Source: an uncultured Candidatus Saccharibacteria bacterium (GTDB taxonomy: Bacteria; Patescibacteriota; WWE3; 2-01-FULL-39-13). From it: a stretch of DNA of 64,000 nucleotides. The stretch lies in the NCBI GenBank assembly GCA_964510925.1, contig CAZEDS010000001.1, forward strand, positions 27,704-91,703, in the 5' to 3' direction. A program made the position numbers and the translations under genes. Under the pieces are notes generated by a model, which saw nothing but the letters and a program-made list of their open reading frames with translations, was not told the DNA's origin and ran no database searches. The stretch's first letter is position 1; each line of letters opens with the position of its first letter. Shown one piece after another: positions 40,000-50,102 of this stretch.

Positions 40000-40809
40000 A
40001 TGGAATTTTTTGAATCACATTGCCATCTCGCCGATGATAAATATGCATTAGTTCTCGACGAAATTATTAATAACGCTAAACGTGAAAATATTAAAAAGAT
40101 AATCACAATAGGATGTTCTATTAGCGAAGCTGAAAAATCATTACAAATAGCTAAAGCATATAATCAGTACGTTTATTCAACGGCAGGATTATACCCACAT
40201 GACAACGAATCAGAGCAATATCAAAAGCTTTCTACAAACGAACGATTAAAAATCGTCGAATCAATGTTAATTACCAATCCAGAAATAAAAGCAGTTGGCG
40301 AATGTGGACTAGACTACAAAGAAGCACCTCCGCATGAAAAAGCCCGTTCAAAAGAAGAACAAATAGATTTATTTCAAAACCAAATCCAAATTGCAAAACA
40401 CACAAAAAAACCATTAATCATACATTCAAGAATGGCGACGGCCGATACTCTTAAAATCATCAAAGAAACAAAACTTGAAAATTTTGTATGGCACTGCTTT
40501 AGTGAAGATTTAGAAACAGCAAAAGCCGTAATAAATGCAAATGGCAAGTTATCTTTTACAGGATTAATTACATATAAAAAATTTGCATTTCTAAAAGAGG
40601 TTATAGAATTTGTGCCAACTACAAACTTATTAATCGAAACTGATGGGCCATATTTAATGCCTGAATCCTTAAAAAAATCCAAACCAACGTTTAGTGAACC
40701 TTGGCATGTTAGAATAATTGCACAGGAAATCGCAACAATCAAAAGAATTTCTCTTGAGCAAGTCGCTGATTTTACAACTAAAAATGCAATCAATTTTTTT
40801 GGAATTTAG
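40000..40809 (+). CDS. tatD: TatD family nuclease
   Basis: SHCHL, GECGLDY, IIHSR, WHCF, ETDGPY. Confidence 0.93.
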   Translation: MEFFESHCHLADDKYALVLDEIINNAKRENIKKIITIGCSISEAEKSLQIAKAYNQYVYSTAGLYPHDNESEQYQKLSTNERLKIVESMLITNPEIKAVGECGLDYKEAPPHEKARSKEEQIDLFQNQIQIAKHTKKPLIIHSRMATADTLKIIKETKLENFVWHCFSEDLETAKAVINANGKLSFTGLITYKKFAFLKEVIEFVPTTNLLIETDGPYLMPESLKKSKPTFSEPWHVRIIAQEIATIKRISLEQVADFTTKNAINFFGI

Positions 40810-40843
40810 AAAATTTGTTCTCCACTTTTTAAAAAGAAATTTT

Positions 40844-42268
40844 ATGTTCTTGCTGTTTTTGATTTCAGCTTTGATAATGCTGAAATTTATAACAGATACC
40901 GCTTTTAGCTCTATTACACAAAATTTAGTAATTCTGTACACAATTGGCTGGGGTGAAAAATTACTTTTAAATAGGAATTATTTATATATTTTCTTTTATT
41001 TAGCACTTAGTATTTCTGTAATTTCTGTGTTTTTTTCAATCCGAGAAACATATAGGCAAAACTATTTTGTAGCAAGATTGTATCTAATCAATGCTCTTGC
41101 AAGCTCTATCGTATTGTTAGCAGCATTACTAAAAATTATTAACTTGAATTCTATAAAACCGGTTGAATTTCCATTTTATGCTAAATACATCGCTTTGCCG
41201 TTTTTTTCATCAGTTATCATCTCTTTTGCGGTAATACCACTTGTAATAAAAATTGCAAAGAAATTTCAATTTATGGATGATCCAATAACGCACAAACATC
41301 CAGGAATGCTAATTAAAAAGCCAACACCAAGAGCAGGCGGACTTGCATTTTTACTTGCTGTTTTTATTCCCGCATTGTTCTTATTACCTATATTTGAAAG
41401 CCAAAAACTTTTTGGTGTTTTTTTAGGATGCGCGATATGTGTGATAATCGGATTACTTGACGATAGAAAAGATATAAATCCGTTAATCAGGCTTGGTGGA
41501 CAATTTTTAGCCGCATTAATTGTAACTTTATCTGGAATATTATTAGTTTATATTCCAAATCCTTTTGGAAATGCAATTAAGCTAGATGAATATAAATTTG
41601 TAATAGATTATATGGGTGAACATAAAGTTTTTTATGTTTCGGTAATCGCAACGGTGCTTTGGATTGTAACTACGATGAATTTTTTATCTTGGAGCAACGG
41701 AACCGATGGTGTTTATGCAGGATTAATAACTGTTTCGTGCCTAGTCATGAGCATTTTAATGCTTAAATTTTATGACATTGATGAAAATCTAAAGACATTC
41801 ATAATTCTATCTGCACTTTGTTCTGGTGCTGGTTTAGGTATGGCATTTTTTACCTGGCCTCCACAAAAATTACTCTGGGGATTTGGAGCGACAGGTGCTG
41901 CCTTAATGATTGCTGCTTTATCTATCATTGGAAGCACAAAAGTTGCAACGATGTTAATTGTATTGATTATTCCTTTTCTAGATGGAATATTTGCAATCGT
42001 CCGAAGATTGAGACGTGGACAATTACCATTTTGGGGAGACCGAGAACATTTACACCATAAATTATTAGAAGGATTAGGTTGGACCAAAGGACAAGTCGCA
42101 CTATTTTATTGGACAACTACAATAATTTTTGGAATAGTAGGCCTTATAACATCTGGACAAGCTAGAGCATTATCGCTGTTATCATTAAGTATTATTCTTA
42201 TTGTCTTTATATTATTTTTAAATTTTGCAGGAAATAAGATAAAAAAAATAAAAGAGCAAAACAATTAA
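40844..42268 (+). CDS. MraY/WecA/TagO-like GT4 transferase with extra N-terminal TMs
   Basis: PTPRAGG, GLLDD, N...G.DG, PFLD..FAIVRR, GDREHLHH.L; start uncertain (ORF from 40718). Confidence 0.85.
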   Translation: MFLLFLISALIMLKFITDTAFSSITQNLVILYTIGWGEKLLLNRNYLYIFFYLALSISVISVFFSIRETYRQNYFVARLYLINALASSIVLLAALLKIINLNSIKPVEFPFYAKYIALPFFSSVIISFAVIPLVIKIAKKFQFMDDPITHKHPGMLIKKPTPRAGGLAFLLAVFIPALFLLPIFESQKLFGVFLGCAICVIIGLLDDRKDINPLIRLGGQFLAALIVTLSGILLVYIPNPFGNAIKLDEYKFVIDYMGEHKVFYVSVIATVLWIVTTMNFLSWSNGTDGVYAGLITVSCLVMSILMLKFYDIDENLKTFIILSALCSGAGLGMAFFTWPPQKLLWGFGATGAALMIAALSIIGSTKVATMLIVLIIPFLDGIFAIVRRLRRGQLPFWGDREHLHHKLLEGLGWTKGQVALFYWTTTIIFGIVGLITSGQARALSLLSLSIILIVFILFLNFAGNKIKKIKEQNN

Positions 42269-43212
42269 TGTTTAAAGCCTGTTATAAGAATAATCATCAC
42301 AACCCAAACGATACCAGAATAAAAAAGAGGTTTATCATTTAACAATACACGTTCCGGGCTTTCACCTTCTCGCTTCTCATAAATAACATACAAATAACGG
42401 GCAACAAGGTATATAACAACTGGGATTGTTAACATTAAAAATCGAACGCCAACTAAAGTATGTGGCAATAAAGATGATAAATAATCATTTCTTAAATTTT
42501 CAGGTGAAACAAAAAATGTAAAAAGAGAATAAGTAACAATACACATTGAAGCTGAAACAGAAATCATAGAATCTAATAACGTGTCAGGATAATGCTTCAA
42601 TATTGCACGTGTACTATCATTGCTCATCCCTTGTGCTTCTAAAAGAGTACGTTCAGCTCTTCTTTTACCAAAAGCTAATAATAACGAGACTCCAGTAATA
42701 GCAAGGACTAACCAAGACGAAACTGACAATGGTATAGCTAGTGCTCCTGCATATGCACGCAAAATAAATCCACCGGCAATCGCTAATGCATCAATAATAA
42801 TCAGTCGCTTTAAAAGGGCATTATAGGCAAATTGCAAAAGCACGTACATACTAACGACGATTCCAAAAAATTTTCCTACAAACATAAAAGATGCAGGAAT
42901 CAATAAAACCAAAAGGAAAATAGCAAAAAACCAAGCAACACCTAAAGGCAATAAACCAGAAGCTACTGGTCGATTTTTCTTGATCGGATGTAATCGATCT
43001 TTTTCGTAATCAAAACAATCATTAATTATGTATATGGCAGAAGAAACACCACAAAAATAAAAAAATGCGACAAAAGTTTTTAAAAAATATTCAAAATTAA
43101 AGAGCTCTTCATTAAAGACCAAAGCTGCAAACAAAATACCATTTTTAATCCATTGCCTTGGCCTAGAAGCACGTAATAAATAATAAAAGTACTTCAATTT
43201 AAAAAGTTGCAT
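42265..43212 (-). CDS. UbiA-family decaprenyl-phosphate phosphoribosyltransferase
   Basis: RPRQWIKN, YIIND..D...DR.HP.K..RPVASG, GKRRAE. Confidence 0.9.
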   Translation of the reverse strand: MQLFKLKYFYYLLRASRPRQWIKNGILFAALVFNEELFNFEYFLKTFVAFFYFCGVSSAIYIINDCFDYEKDRLHPIKKNRPVASGLLPLGVAWFFAIFLLVLLIPASFMFVGKFFGIVVSMYVLLQFAYNALLKRLIIIDALAIAGGFILRAYAGALAIPLSVSSWLVLAITGVSLLLAFGKRRAERTLLEAQGMSNDSTRAILKHYPDTLLDSMISVSASMCIVTYSLFTFFVSPENLRNDYLSSLLPHTLVGVRFLMLTIPVVIYLVARYLYVIYEKREGESPERVLLNDKPLFYSGIVWVVMIILITGFKH

Positions 43213-43266
43213 AGTGATTTATTAAAATATTATAGCAGAGGATACGATAACGATGCCAAAAGGCTA

Positions 43267-43701
43267 TCAAAGTTTATAAATCAAAATCGTAACAGGAAAA
43301 TTCAAAAGAGGTTCTTCAACATCTGCTAGTGTAAATACAAAGTTTGTACTAACACCATCTTTTCCAACTTGCTCCGATAAAGTAACGCCACCTAAACTTG
43401 CGTCTTTTGGCAATACGAAATATTTTTTATATTCTAGACCTTGGTATTTTTCTGGAACAACATTGTATATTACTTGAACTTTATCTTTTGAATTTAAATT
43501 AACTTCCATATCAATTTGATCTATAACTTCTAAAGTTGCTTCAGCTTTATTCAATTGACTAAAGCTATTAACACCTAACACAGAACTTTGTGTGTTTTCT
43601 TCTTCAACATAAGTAGCAAAACCAAATCCGAAAAAAGGTAGTGCAAAAAGAAAAGCTAAAAGAAAAACCAAAGATGTGTTAACTGCAAATTTTCGATACA
43701 T
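43267..43701 (-). CDS. Hypothetical exported protein
   Basis: N-terminal TM, VLG motif. Confidence 0.65.
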   Translation of the reverse strand: MYRKFAVNTSLVFLLAFLFALPFFGFGFATYVEEENTQSSVLGVNSFSQLNKAEATLEVIDQIDMEVNLNSKDKVQVIYNVVPEKYQGLEYKKYFVLPKDASLGGVTLSEQVGKDGVSTNFVFTLADVEEPLLNFPVTILIYKL

Positions 43702-43702
43702 A

Positions 43703-44287
43703 TTACCAAGACTCCTTTAACTTTGAGAACGAAACCATTTTATTACTATTAGTTTGTAACTCGTCATCATCATATCGATCATCTAGTTCACCGGTAGATT
43801 CTTTTTCAATATCAACAACTAGCAAAACAGTAATTACCGCACAAGCAGAAATAGCAACATAAAAGATCCACCAAGCAGAAACACCAAACGAAGCGTGCAC
43901 AAAAAACATACAAGTTGCTAGCCATGCATATGAAAGCCAAATAAATGATTGTGTGTAAACAACTTCGCTGGAATGAACCATATCCTGTAAATTCATTGAA
44001 TAAAGTTTTGCTGAAAACGAAGGTGAAATATGTGTATCGTGAAATAAATGAGCTTTAATAGTAACCCAAATTAAACCGGATAAAATTGCAGCAAACGCAA
44101 AAATTGAAGAATAGGTTGATACTGAATAATAGTCGCCTTTTGTGAGAACCAATCTCATTGAGTCAACTTTATATTCGACACCAAAATAGTTAACAAAAAA
44201 AACAATTCCAATAACCTTAGCAGCTACAATAAGTACTGCTGGAAATATAGAATAATCAATAAGATTTATTAAAGTTTTAGAAAACAT
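43703..44287 (-). CDS. Conserved hypothetical membrane protein
   Basis: Four TMs, HDTHISP motif. Confidence 0.7.
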   Translation of the reverse strand: MFSKTLINLIDYSIFPAVLIVAAKVIGIVFFVNYFGVEYKVDSMRLVLTKGDYYSVSTYSSIFAFAAILSGLIWVTIKAHLFHDTHISPSFSAKLYSMNLQDMVHSSEVVYTQSFIWLSYAWLATCMFFVHASFGVSAWWIFYVAISACAVITVLLVVDIEKESTGELDDRYDDDELQTNSNKMVSFSKLKESW

Positions 44288-44360
44288 GGCAGGAATCTTT
44301 TACTTAATTTATATTAAACGAAACTAATCTTTATTGCAAAATCAGATTTAAAAAACCTGA

Positions 44361-45563
44361 TTAATTCGCAATTTTTTTGACATATTTTGCATCACCAGAA
44401 ACCCAACCTTTCTTTCCTTTTTCATATTCAATCTGATACCAACCAGATTTTTCTGAGGCTACAGCAAATTTTTTACCAACATCAACACGGCCAATTTCTT
44501 TTCCTGTTGTTGAACCTGCATCACGAACCCTTAAATATCCAAGAGAGTTCGAAAGAATTTCGATTGAGAATAAACCATTAGCGGTAGCACCTTCGGATGA
44601 AGTACCGGTTGTTTCAACTTTTTTACCAGAAATTTCTGACAAAACAGCCAAAGCCGATTCAGACAAATTTTCGCTTTGAGAACTACTCAAATATGCAATA
44701 AATGATCCTTGTACTAATTTTGCTTCTTTTACAAGAATTTCGTTTCCTGTTTCTGTGTATAGTTTACCGTCATCAGTAATAAAATAAGCGAATTTTTCAA
44801 TCTTATAATCACCAGAAGTCATAAAACCTCTAGTTTTAAGCCAATAGTTTATAGCACTAGCCCACGATTTTCGATCAGCGTAACCATTGTTTGAAACTTT
44901 TGAAAAATTTATTACAGAAATACCATCAATTTTTGAATCAAAAATAGAAAGTGATTCAGGTATTGGTTTTAAAAACATCGAAACTTTAATATTCAATTCA
45001 TAACCATCAATCAACTTAACGGAAGTTTCTTGCTGTTCATATCCATCTTTTTTAAAAGTTAATTTGTATTCATTATTCTCATTTTTATTCAGTAAGTCTT
45101 TTGTTGAAAACTTTAAAGGAGTTTTTCCAACCTCAACATCATCAACCAAAACTTGAACATTATCTGTATCTGGAGAAATAATAGAAAAAGATTGCAATCC
45201 AGAAGTTCCTCTCTTAAACCAAAAATCTTCGCCAGAGCTAAAAACTTTGCTAACGCCTAAATCTCTTTTTATATAAGCTTCTGTAGAAGATGCTGGTGAA
45301 ACATATGCAGTATACGAATTTGATTCACCATTTAAATCGATTTTTACTTCACCAGGAAAAAAAGCCTCTTTTTTAAGAGGTGCCTCACCAGATGCAATTC
45401 CATTGATTAAAATGGATGCTTTTCCATTTACCGTTTCAATATTAAGTCTTGCACGTCCAAGTTTTCCTACATTATTTAGGTACAAAAGGACTGCAGCTGA
45501 GCCAATAGCTAGTACTGAAACTAAACCTATCAAAAGTTGGTAAATATCAAAACGTTTAGACAT
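44361..45563 (-). CDS. PEGA-domain protein with C-terminal SH3b domain
   Basis: V.VD..EVGKTP, KDGY (PEGA); LRVR...T...IG.V..G...GWYQI...GWVS (SH3). Confidence 0.85.
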   Translation of the reverse strand: MSKRFDIYQLLIGLVSVLAIGSAAVLLYLNNVGKLGRARLNIETVNGKASILINGIASGEAPLKKEAFFPGEVKIDLNGESNSYTAYVSPASSTEAYIKRDLGVSKVFSSGEDFWFKRGTSGLQSFSIISPDTDNVQVLVDDVEVGKTPLKFSTKDLLNKNENNEYKLTFKKDGYEQQETSVKLIDGYELNIKVSMFLKPIPESLSIFDSKIDGISVINFSKVSNNGYADRKSWASAINYWLKTRGFMTSGDYKIEKFAYFITDDGKLYTETGNEILVKEAKLVQGSFIAYLSSSQSENLSESALAVLSEISGKKVETTGTSSEGATANGLFSIEILSNSLGYLRVRDAGSTTGKEIGRVDVGKKFAVASEKSGWYQIEYEKGKKGWVSGDAKYVKKIAN

Positions 45564-45682
45564 AATTCGATGATAGCATAACAATTAACAGAATGAACTC
45601 TTCTAAAGCCTCTCGGTAAATGAAATTTGGTGCACTTCAATCAAGGCTTCTTCATGTTATAATCCCCTATATTAACCGTTAT

Positions 45683-45758
45683 GGTGAGATAGCCAAGTTG
45701 GTCACGGCATCGGTCTGAAAAACCGACTATGTGAGTTCGATTCTCACTCTCACCACCA
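45683..45758 (+). tRNA. tRNA-Phe(GAA)
   Basis: GGTGAGATAGCCAAGTTGG...TCGGT-CTGAAAA-ACCGA...CTCACCACCA. Confidence 0.93.
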
Positions 45759-45774
45759 TGGGAAAAACTTCCAA

Positions 45775-46521
45775 ATGCAAATCCGCATAAACAAATATCT
45801 TTCAACATGCAAAATAGGATCAAGGCGAAAACTCGAGCAATTGCTTAAAAACAAGGAATTTAGAGTTAACGGCAAAATTGCCGAACCTGGACAAATGATT
45901 GAAACTGATACTGACGTCATAACTCATCATGGAGCAGTTTTATCAGCTCAAGATCAATTTGTTTATATAGCATTAAACAAACCTGTTGGAGTCTTATCAA
46001 CCGCAAAAGACGAACACCACAGAACAACTGTATTGGATTTAATCACAACAGACGAACGATTATATCCAGTCGGAAGATTAGACAAAGAAAGCTCCGGATT
46101 AATCTTATTAACCAATAATGGTGACCTAGCTTTAAAACTTACACATCCCAAATTTCACTTGCCTAAAACATACGATGTCTCAACATTTGAAACAGTAACA
46201 CCAGAACATTTAAAAAAGTTAGCAGATGGAATAAGGCTTCCACAAAACATAAAAACATTACCTGCAATTGCAACACCTATTGGAGACAACTCATTTAGAA
46301 TCATTTTGTATCAAGGATTAAAAAGACAAATACGTGAGATGTGCTTATCTATTGGCCTAAATGTAAAAACATTACATCGTGTAGCAATTGGCCCAATTCA
46401 TATTGGAGGTTTAAAACCTGGCAAATACAGATATATAAGAGAAGCTGAAATCAAAAAATTATTAACGACACAACCAATACCTTTTGAAAAAAAAGAAAAA
46501 ATTGATCCAAATGTCTATTAA
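45775..46521 (+). CDS. rRNA pseudouridine synthase (RsuA/RluB family)
   Basis: S4 domain, LNKP.G, YPVGRLD..S.GL.LLTN.G, RQIR.M. Confidence 0.93.
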   Translation: MQIRINKYLSTCKIGSRRKLEQLLKNKEFRVNGKIAEPGQMIETDTDVITHHGAVLSAQDQFVYIALNKPVGVLSTAKDEHHRTTVLDLITTDERLYPVGRLDKESSGLILLTNNGDLALKLTHPKFHLPKTYDVSTFETVTPEHLKKLADGIRLPQNIKTLPAIATPIGDNSFRIILYQGLKRQIREMCLSIGLNVKTLHRVAIGPIHIGGLKPGKYRYIREAEIKKLLTTQPIPFEKKEKIDPNVY

Positions 46522-46588
46522 ATGATTCAGTAATATTTCCAGATAACTAACAAACTGTTAAAATTACCCACGTAATAATTAACGTTGA

Positions 46589-46663
46589 GGCTCGGTAGCC
46601 AAGTGGTAAGGCAAGAGTCTGCAAAACTCTTATGCGCCGGTTCAATTCCGGCCCGGGCCTCCA
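46589..46663 (+). tRNA. tRNA-Cys(GCA)
   Basis: GGCTCGGTAGCCAAGTGG...CTGCAAA...CCGGGCCTCCA, U73 discriminator. Confidence 0.95.
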
Positions 46664-46703
46664 AAATGTTGATATTACTTATTTAAAACCACACAAAGAT
46701 ATC

Positions 46704-46733
46704 TTGACACTCTCGGGTGTGGTCTGCTAAATT
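46704..46733 (+). promoter_or_regulatory. groESL promoter with overlapping CIRCE-like operator
   Basis: TTGACACTC-N9-GTCTGCTAA versus CIRCE TTAGCACTC-N9-GAGTGCTAA; left arm doubles as the -35. Confidence 0.7.
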
Positions 46734-46779
46734 TTCTACGAAACAATTTGTTCATTAAGTTTTTAGTTTTAATAAATTT

Positions 46780-47073
46780 ATGAATTTACAACCACTAAGT
46801 GACCGTGTAATCCTAAAGTTGGAAAAAGCGGAAGAAATCACATCAGGAGGAATAGTTCTTCCACAAAATGCACAAGAGCAAACACATCTTGGCAAAGTTA
46901 TTTCCGTTGGCCCAGGAAAAAGAAACGACAAAGGTGAAATTATCAAACCCGACGTTTCAACTGGAGACATCGTTGTAATCAGCGGAAAATGGGTAGGCGA
47001 AAATGTAACGGTCGAAGGCGAAGAATACAAAATCGTTTCGGCTTCAGATGTTTTAGCAATCGTAAAAAAATAA
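46780..47073 (+). CDS. groES: Co-chaperonin GroES
   Basis: PL.DRV, T.GGIVLP, G.VISVGPG. Confidence 0.97.
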   Translation: MNLQPLSDRVILKLEKAEEITSGGIVLPQNAQEQTHLGKVISVGPGKRNDKGEIIKPDVSTGDIVVISGKWVGENVTVEGEEYKIVSASDVLAIVKK

Positions 47074-47094
47074 TTAATTAACCACAAATAATCT

Positions 47095-48732
47095 ATGGCA
47101 AAAAAAATACTTTATAACCAAGACGCACGAATGAAACTAAAAGCCGGAGTAGATGCCGTTGCAAATGCAGTCGGATCAACAATGGGACCACTCGGCAGAA
47201 ATGTAGCCTTAGCAAAAGACTGGGGCGGACCAACATTAACCCATGATGGAGTTACCGTTGCAAAAGATATTGAATTAAAAGATCCATTCGAAAATATGGG
47301 TGCAAAACTCGTAATCGAAGCAGCGTCAAAAACAAATGACATCGTTGGAGATGGTACAACCTCTACTACTATATTAGTACAAGCTCTTGTAGAAGAAGCA
47401 CTAAAAAACGTAGCAGCCGGAGCAAACCCAATGTTAATGCGAAGAGGATTAGAAAAAGCAGTTGAAGAAGTAATTTCAGAAATAAAAAAAATTGCTAAGC
47501 CAATCAAGAGTAGAGATGAAAAAGCGCAAGTCGCTACAATCTCAGCTCAAGATGGACCTATTGGCCAAATCGTTGCAGACGCAATGGAAAAAGTCGGAGC
47601 AGATGGTGTTATCACCGTTGAAGAAAATAAAGGTGTAGAAATGGAAGTTGAAACAAAAACTGGATATAACTTTGATAATGGTTATCTTTCAGCATACTTT
47701 GTAACAAATCCAGACAAAATGGAAGCAGTTGTCGATGAACCTTACATATTATTAACCGATAAAAAAATTGAAAACATACAAGAATTAGTCCCAATGCTAG
47801 AAAGCGTTGTAAAACTAACTCAAAATCTAGTAATTATCGCTGATGATGTAAGCGGACAAGCTCTTGCTACATTGGTTTTAAATAAACTAAAAGGAACATT
47901 GAGAATTCTTGCAATTAAAGCTCCTGGTTTTGGAGACCGAAGAAAAGCAATGTTAGAAGATTTAGCAATATTAACTGGTGGAAAAGTCATAAGTGAAGAC
48001 TTAGGCAGAAAACTTGATTCAGTTACGATTGACGATTTAGGTAGAGCTGGAAAAATAATCTCAACAAAAGATGACACCACGGTTGTTGATGGAAAAGGCG
48101 AAAAAGAAGAACTTAAAAATCGTGAATCTCAACTACGAAGAGAAATCGAAAATTCAAACAGCGAATATGATAGAGAAAAACTCCAAGAACGATTAGCAAA
48201 ACTAGTAGGCGGAGTTGCAATCATAAGAGTTGGCGCAGCAACAGAAACAGAAATGAAAGAGAAAAAATACCGAGTTGAAGATGCTGTAAATGCAACAAAA
48301 GCAGCTGTATTAGAAGGTATCGTTCCAGGTGGCGGCGTTGCACTATTAAAAGTTAGAAAAGTATTAAATGATTTCAAACTTGAAGGCGATGAAAAAATTG
48401 GTGGAACAATTTTATACAACGCATTAGAAAAACCATTCAGAAGAATTCTTGCAAACGCAGGACTCGATGCTGGAATGTTTATTCGTGAAGTTGAAAATAA
48501 CTTAGATAAAAATATGGGAGTCGATGTTATGAAAGAGGGCAAAATGGTTGACCTAATAAAAGAAGGAATCATTGATCCAGCAATGGTAACAAGATCCGTT
48601 GTCGAAAAAGCAGTAAGCACGGCTATTCAAATAATGTGCACTGAAGCACTTATAGCAAATGATCCAGACGATAAAAAAGAAGACTCTAACGATCATGGTG
48701 GTGGTATGGGCGGTATGGGTGGAATGATGTAA
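47095..48732 (+). CDS. groEL: Chaperonin GroEL
   Basis: [22 protein letters not shown] tail. Confidence 0.99.
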   Translation: MAKKILYNQDARMKLKAGVDAVANAVGSTMGPLGRNVALAKDWGGPTLTHDGVTVAKDIELKDPFENMGAKLVIEAASKTNDIVGDGTTSTTILVQALVEEALKNVAAGANPMLMRRGLEKAVEEVISEIKKIAKPIKSRDEKAQVATISAQDGPIGQIVADAMEKVGADGVITVEENKGVEMEVETKTGYNFDNGYLSAYFVTNPDKMEAVVDEPYILLTDKKIENIQELVPMLESVVKLTQNLVIIADDVSGQALATLVLNKLKGTLRILAIKAPGFGDRRKAMLEDLAILTGGKVISEDLGRKLDSVTIDDLGRAGKIISTKDDTTVVDGKGEKEELKNRESQLRREIENSNSEYDREKLQERLAKLVGGVAIIRVGAATETEMKEKKYRVEDAVNATKAAVLEGIVPGGGVALLKVRKVLNDFKLEGDEKIGGTILYNALEKPFRRILANAGLDAGMFIREVENNLDKNMGVDVMKEGKMVDLIKEGIIDPAMVTRSVVEKAVSTAIQIMCTEALIANDPDDKKEDSNDHGGGMGGMGGMM

Positions 48733-48754
48733 TTCATTTCAAAAAAACTTTTTG

Positions 48755-48790
48755 AAAAAGCGGCGTCAACTTTGATGCCGCTTTTTTTTT
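48755..48790 (+). terminator. Intrinsic terminator after groEL
   Basis: aaaaagcggcgtcaa c tt tgatgccgc tttttttt. Confidence 0.85.
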
Positions 48791-48849
48791 GCAAGAATAC
48801 CTACCTTCTTTTAATGTTTTGTAGTAAACTCACGTGTTAAACTTTTTGT

Positions 48850-50100
48850 ATGAATGAAAATCAAATAGAAACACCAATAAATCAAAACGAATTTGCAGAA
48901 AAACCGCCGCTTTTATCACCAGCATATAAAAAGGGATTAAAAATAGGCTTGATCTCCTGCTTTGGTATTATGATCTTCGCAATTGGCGGATTAATAATTT
49001 ATCGACAAATACAAGAAATAATAAAAAATAAGAAATTAAGTTCTATTGATCCAAATCTTGTTGCAAATCCAACACCAACAATTGATAACACAAAAATCAA
49101 TGAATATTTTTCATACATAAAAAATAAAAAAGAAATTTGGATAGTCGACACAAATGGTGAGAATAAAGCAATGATTTCAGAACTTTCACCATCAAATGCC
49201 AGTATATTTTCTACCCTAGATTGGAAAGATAAAACGCATATCTCTTATTCTGAATGTAATAACGAAAGTCCTTCGATCACAGATATTAAATGCAAAATAA
49301 AAACATATGATATTGAAACAAAAGCAACAAATGATGAATATGAAACAGATGCATTAATAAGAAAATTTTCATGGTCATTAGCTGCAAATTATTTATCTAT
49401 TGTTGAAGACACCGATAGCGAAACTTTCTTTAAAATAAAAGCCGGTACAGTAACAAATACTCTAAATAAATTTTATAGAATTAATGACCTATCAAATACT
49501 CAAGGAAAAACACTTTTTACAGCCGATAGCCAGTATGTGTTATTTTATTCAATCAATGGACTACCGGATGAAACTAAATCAAAAGAAAATGAAATTGCGA
49601 TAATTCCTTCTTCAACAATTGAAGTTTATTACGTAAATGGTGTAAAAGTAGAACATATAGAAGGTGCAAATGATCCATTTTTACTAAATGATGGGAAAAT
49701 GGGATTCAAAAAGGACAATAAAATTGTGTATAGAACAATTGGCAAATCAGATGAAACAGTAATCACATCATTTAACGGATTTAATAGCGAAATTTCACCC
49801 AATAAAAATTTAATTGCATATTGGTATGCAGAAGGAAATCTAAGCAACGTTATTTTAGGAGTTTTTGATTCTGAACTTAATATACATCGAAATATTTTGA
49901 GAGGAATTATACTTCCGATTTGGATCAATAACGATAAAATATTAGGAATAAAAGCCGATAATTGTTTAGGTGGAACAAGCTGCCAATTATACGAATTTCA
50001 AACAAATAGTATTTCACTGATTGATGTCGAAAAAGGAAATGTAAAACAAATAGATCAAGGTAGGAAAATTTCAGAAGCAACTTATAAAAGTTTTAATTAA
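48850..50100 (+). CDS. Membrane-anchored protein, TolB-like beta-propeller suspected
   Basis: One TM, repeated WS/SP..IAY blade-like patterns. Confidence 0.6.
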   Translation: MNENQIETPINQNEFAEKPPLLSPAYKKGLKIGLISCFGIMIFAIGGLIIYRQIQEIIKNKKLSSIDPNLVANPTPTIDNTKINEYFSYIKNKKEIWIVDTNGENKAMISELSPSNASIFSTLDWKDKTHISYSECNNESPSITDIKCKIKTYDIETKATNDEYETDALIRKFSWSLAANYLSIVEDTDSETFFKIKAGTVTNTLNKFYRINDLSNTQGKTLFTADSQYVLFYSINGLPDETKSKENEIAIIPSSTIEVYYVNGVKVEHIEGANDPFLLNDGKMGFKKDNKIVYRTIGKSDETVITSFNGFNSEISPNKNLIAYWYAEGNLSNVILGVFDSELNIHRNILRGIILPIWINNDKILGIKADNCLGGTSCQLYEFQTNSISLIDVEKGNVKQIDQGRKISEATYKSFN

Positions 50101-50102
50101 CA

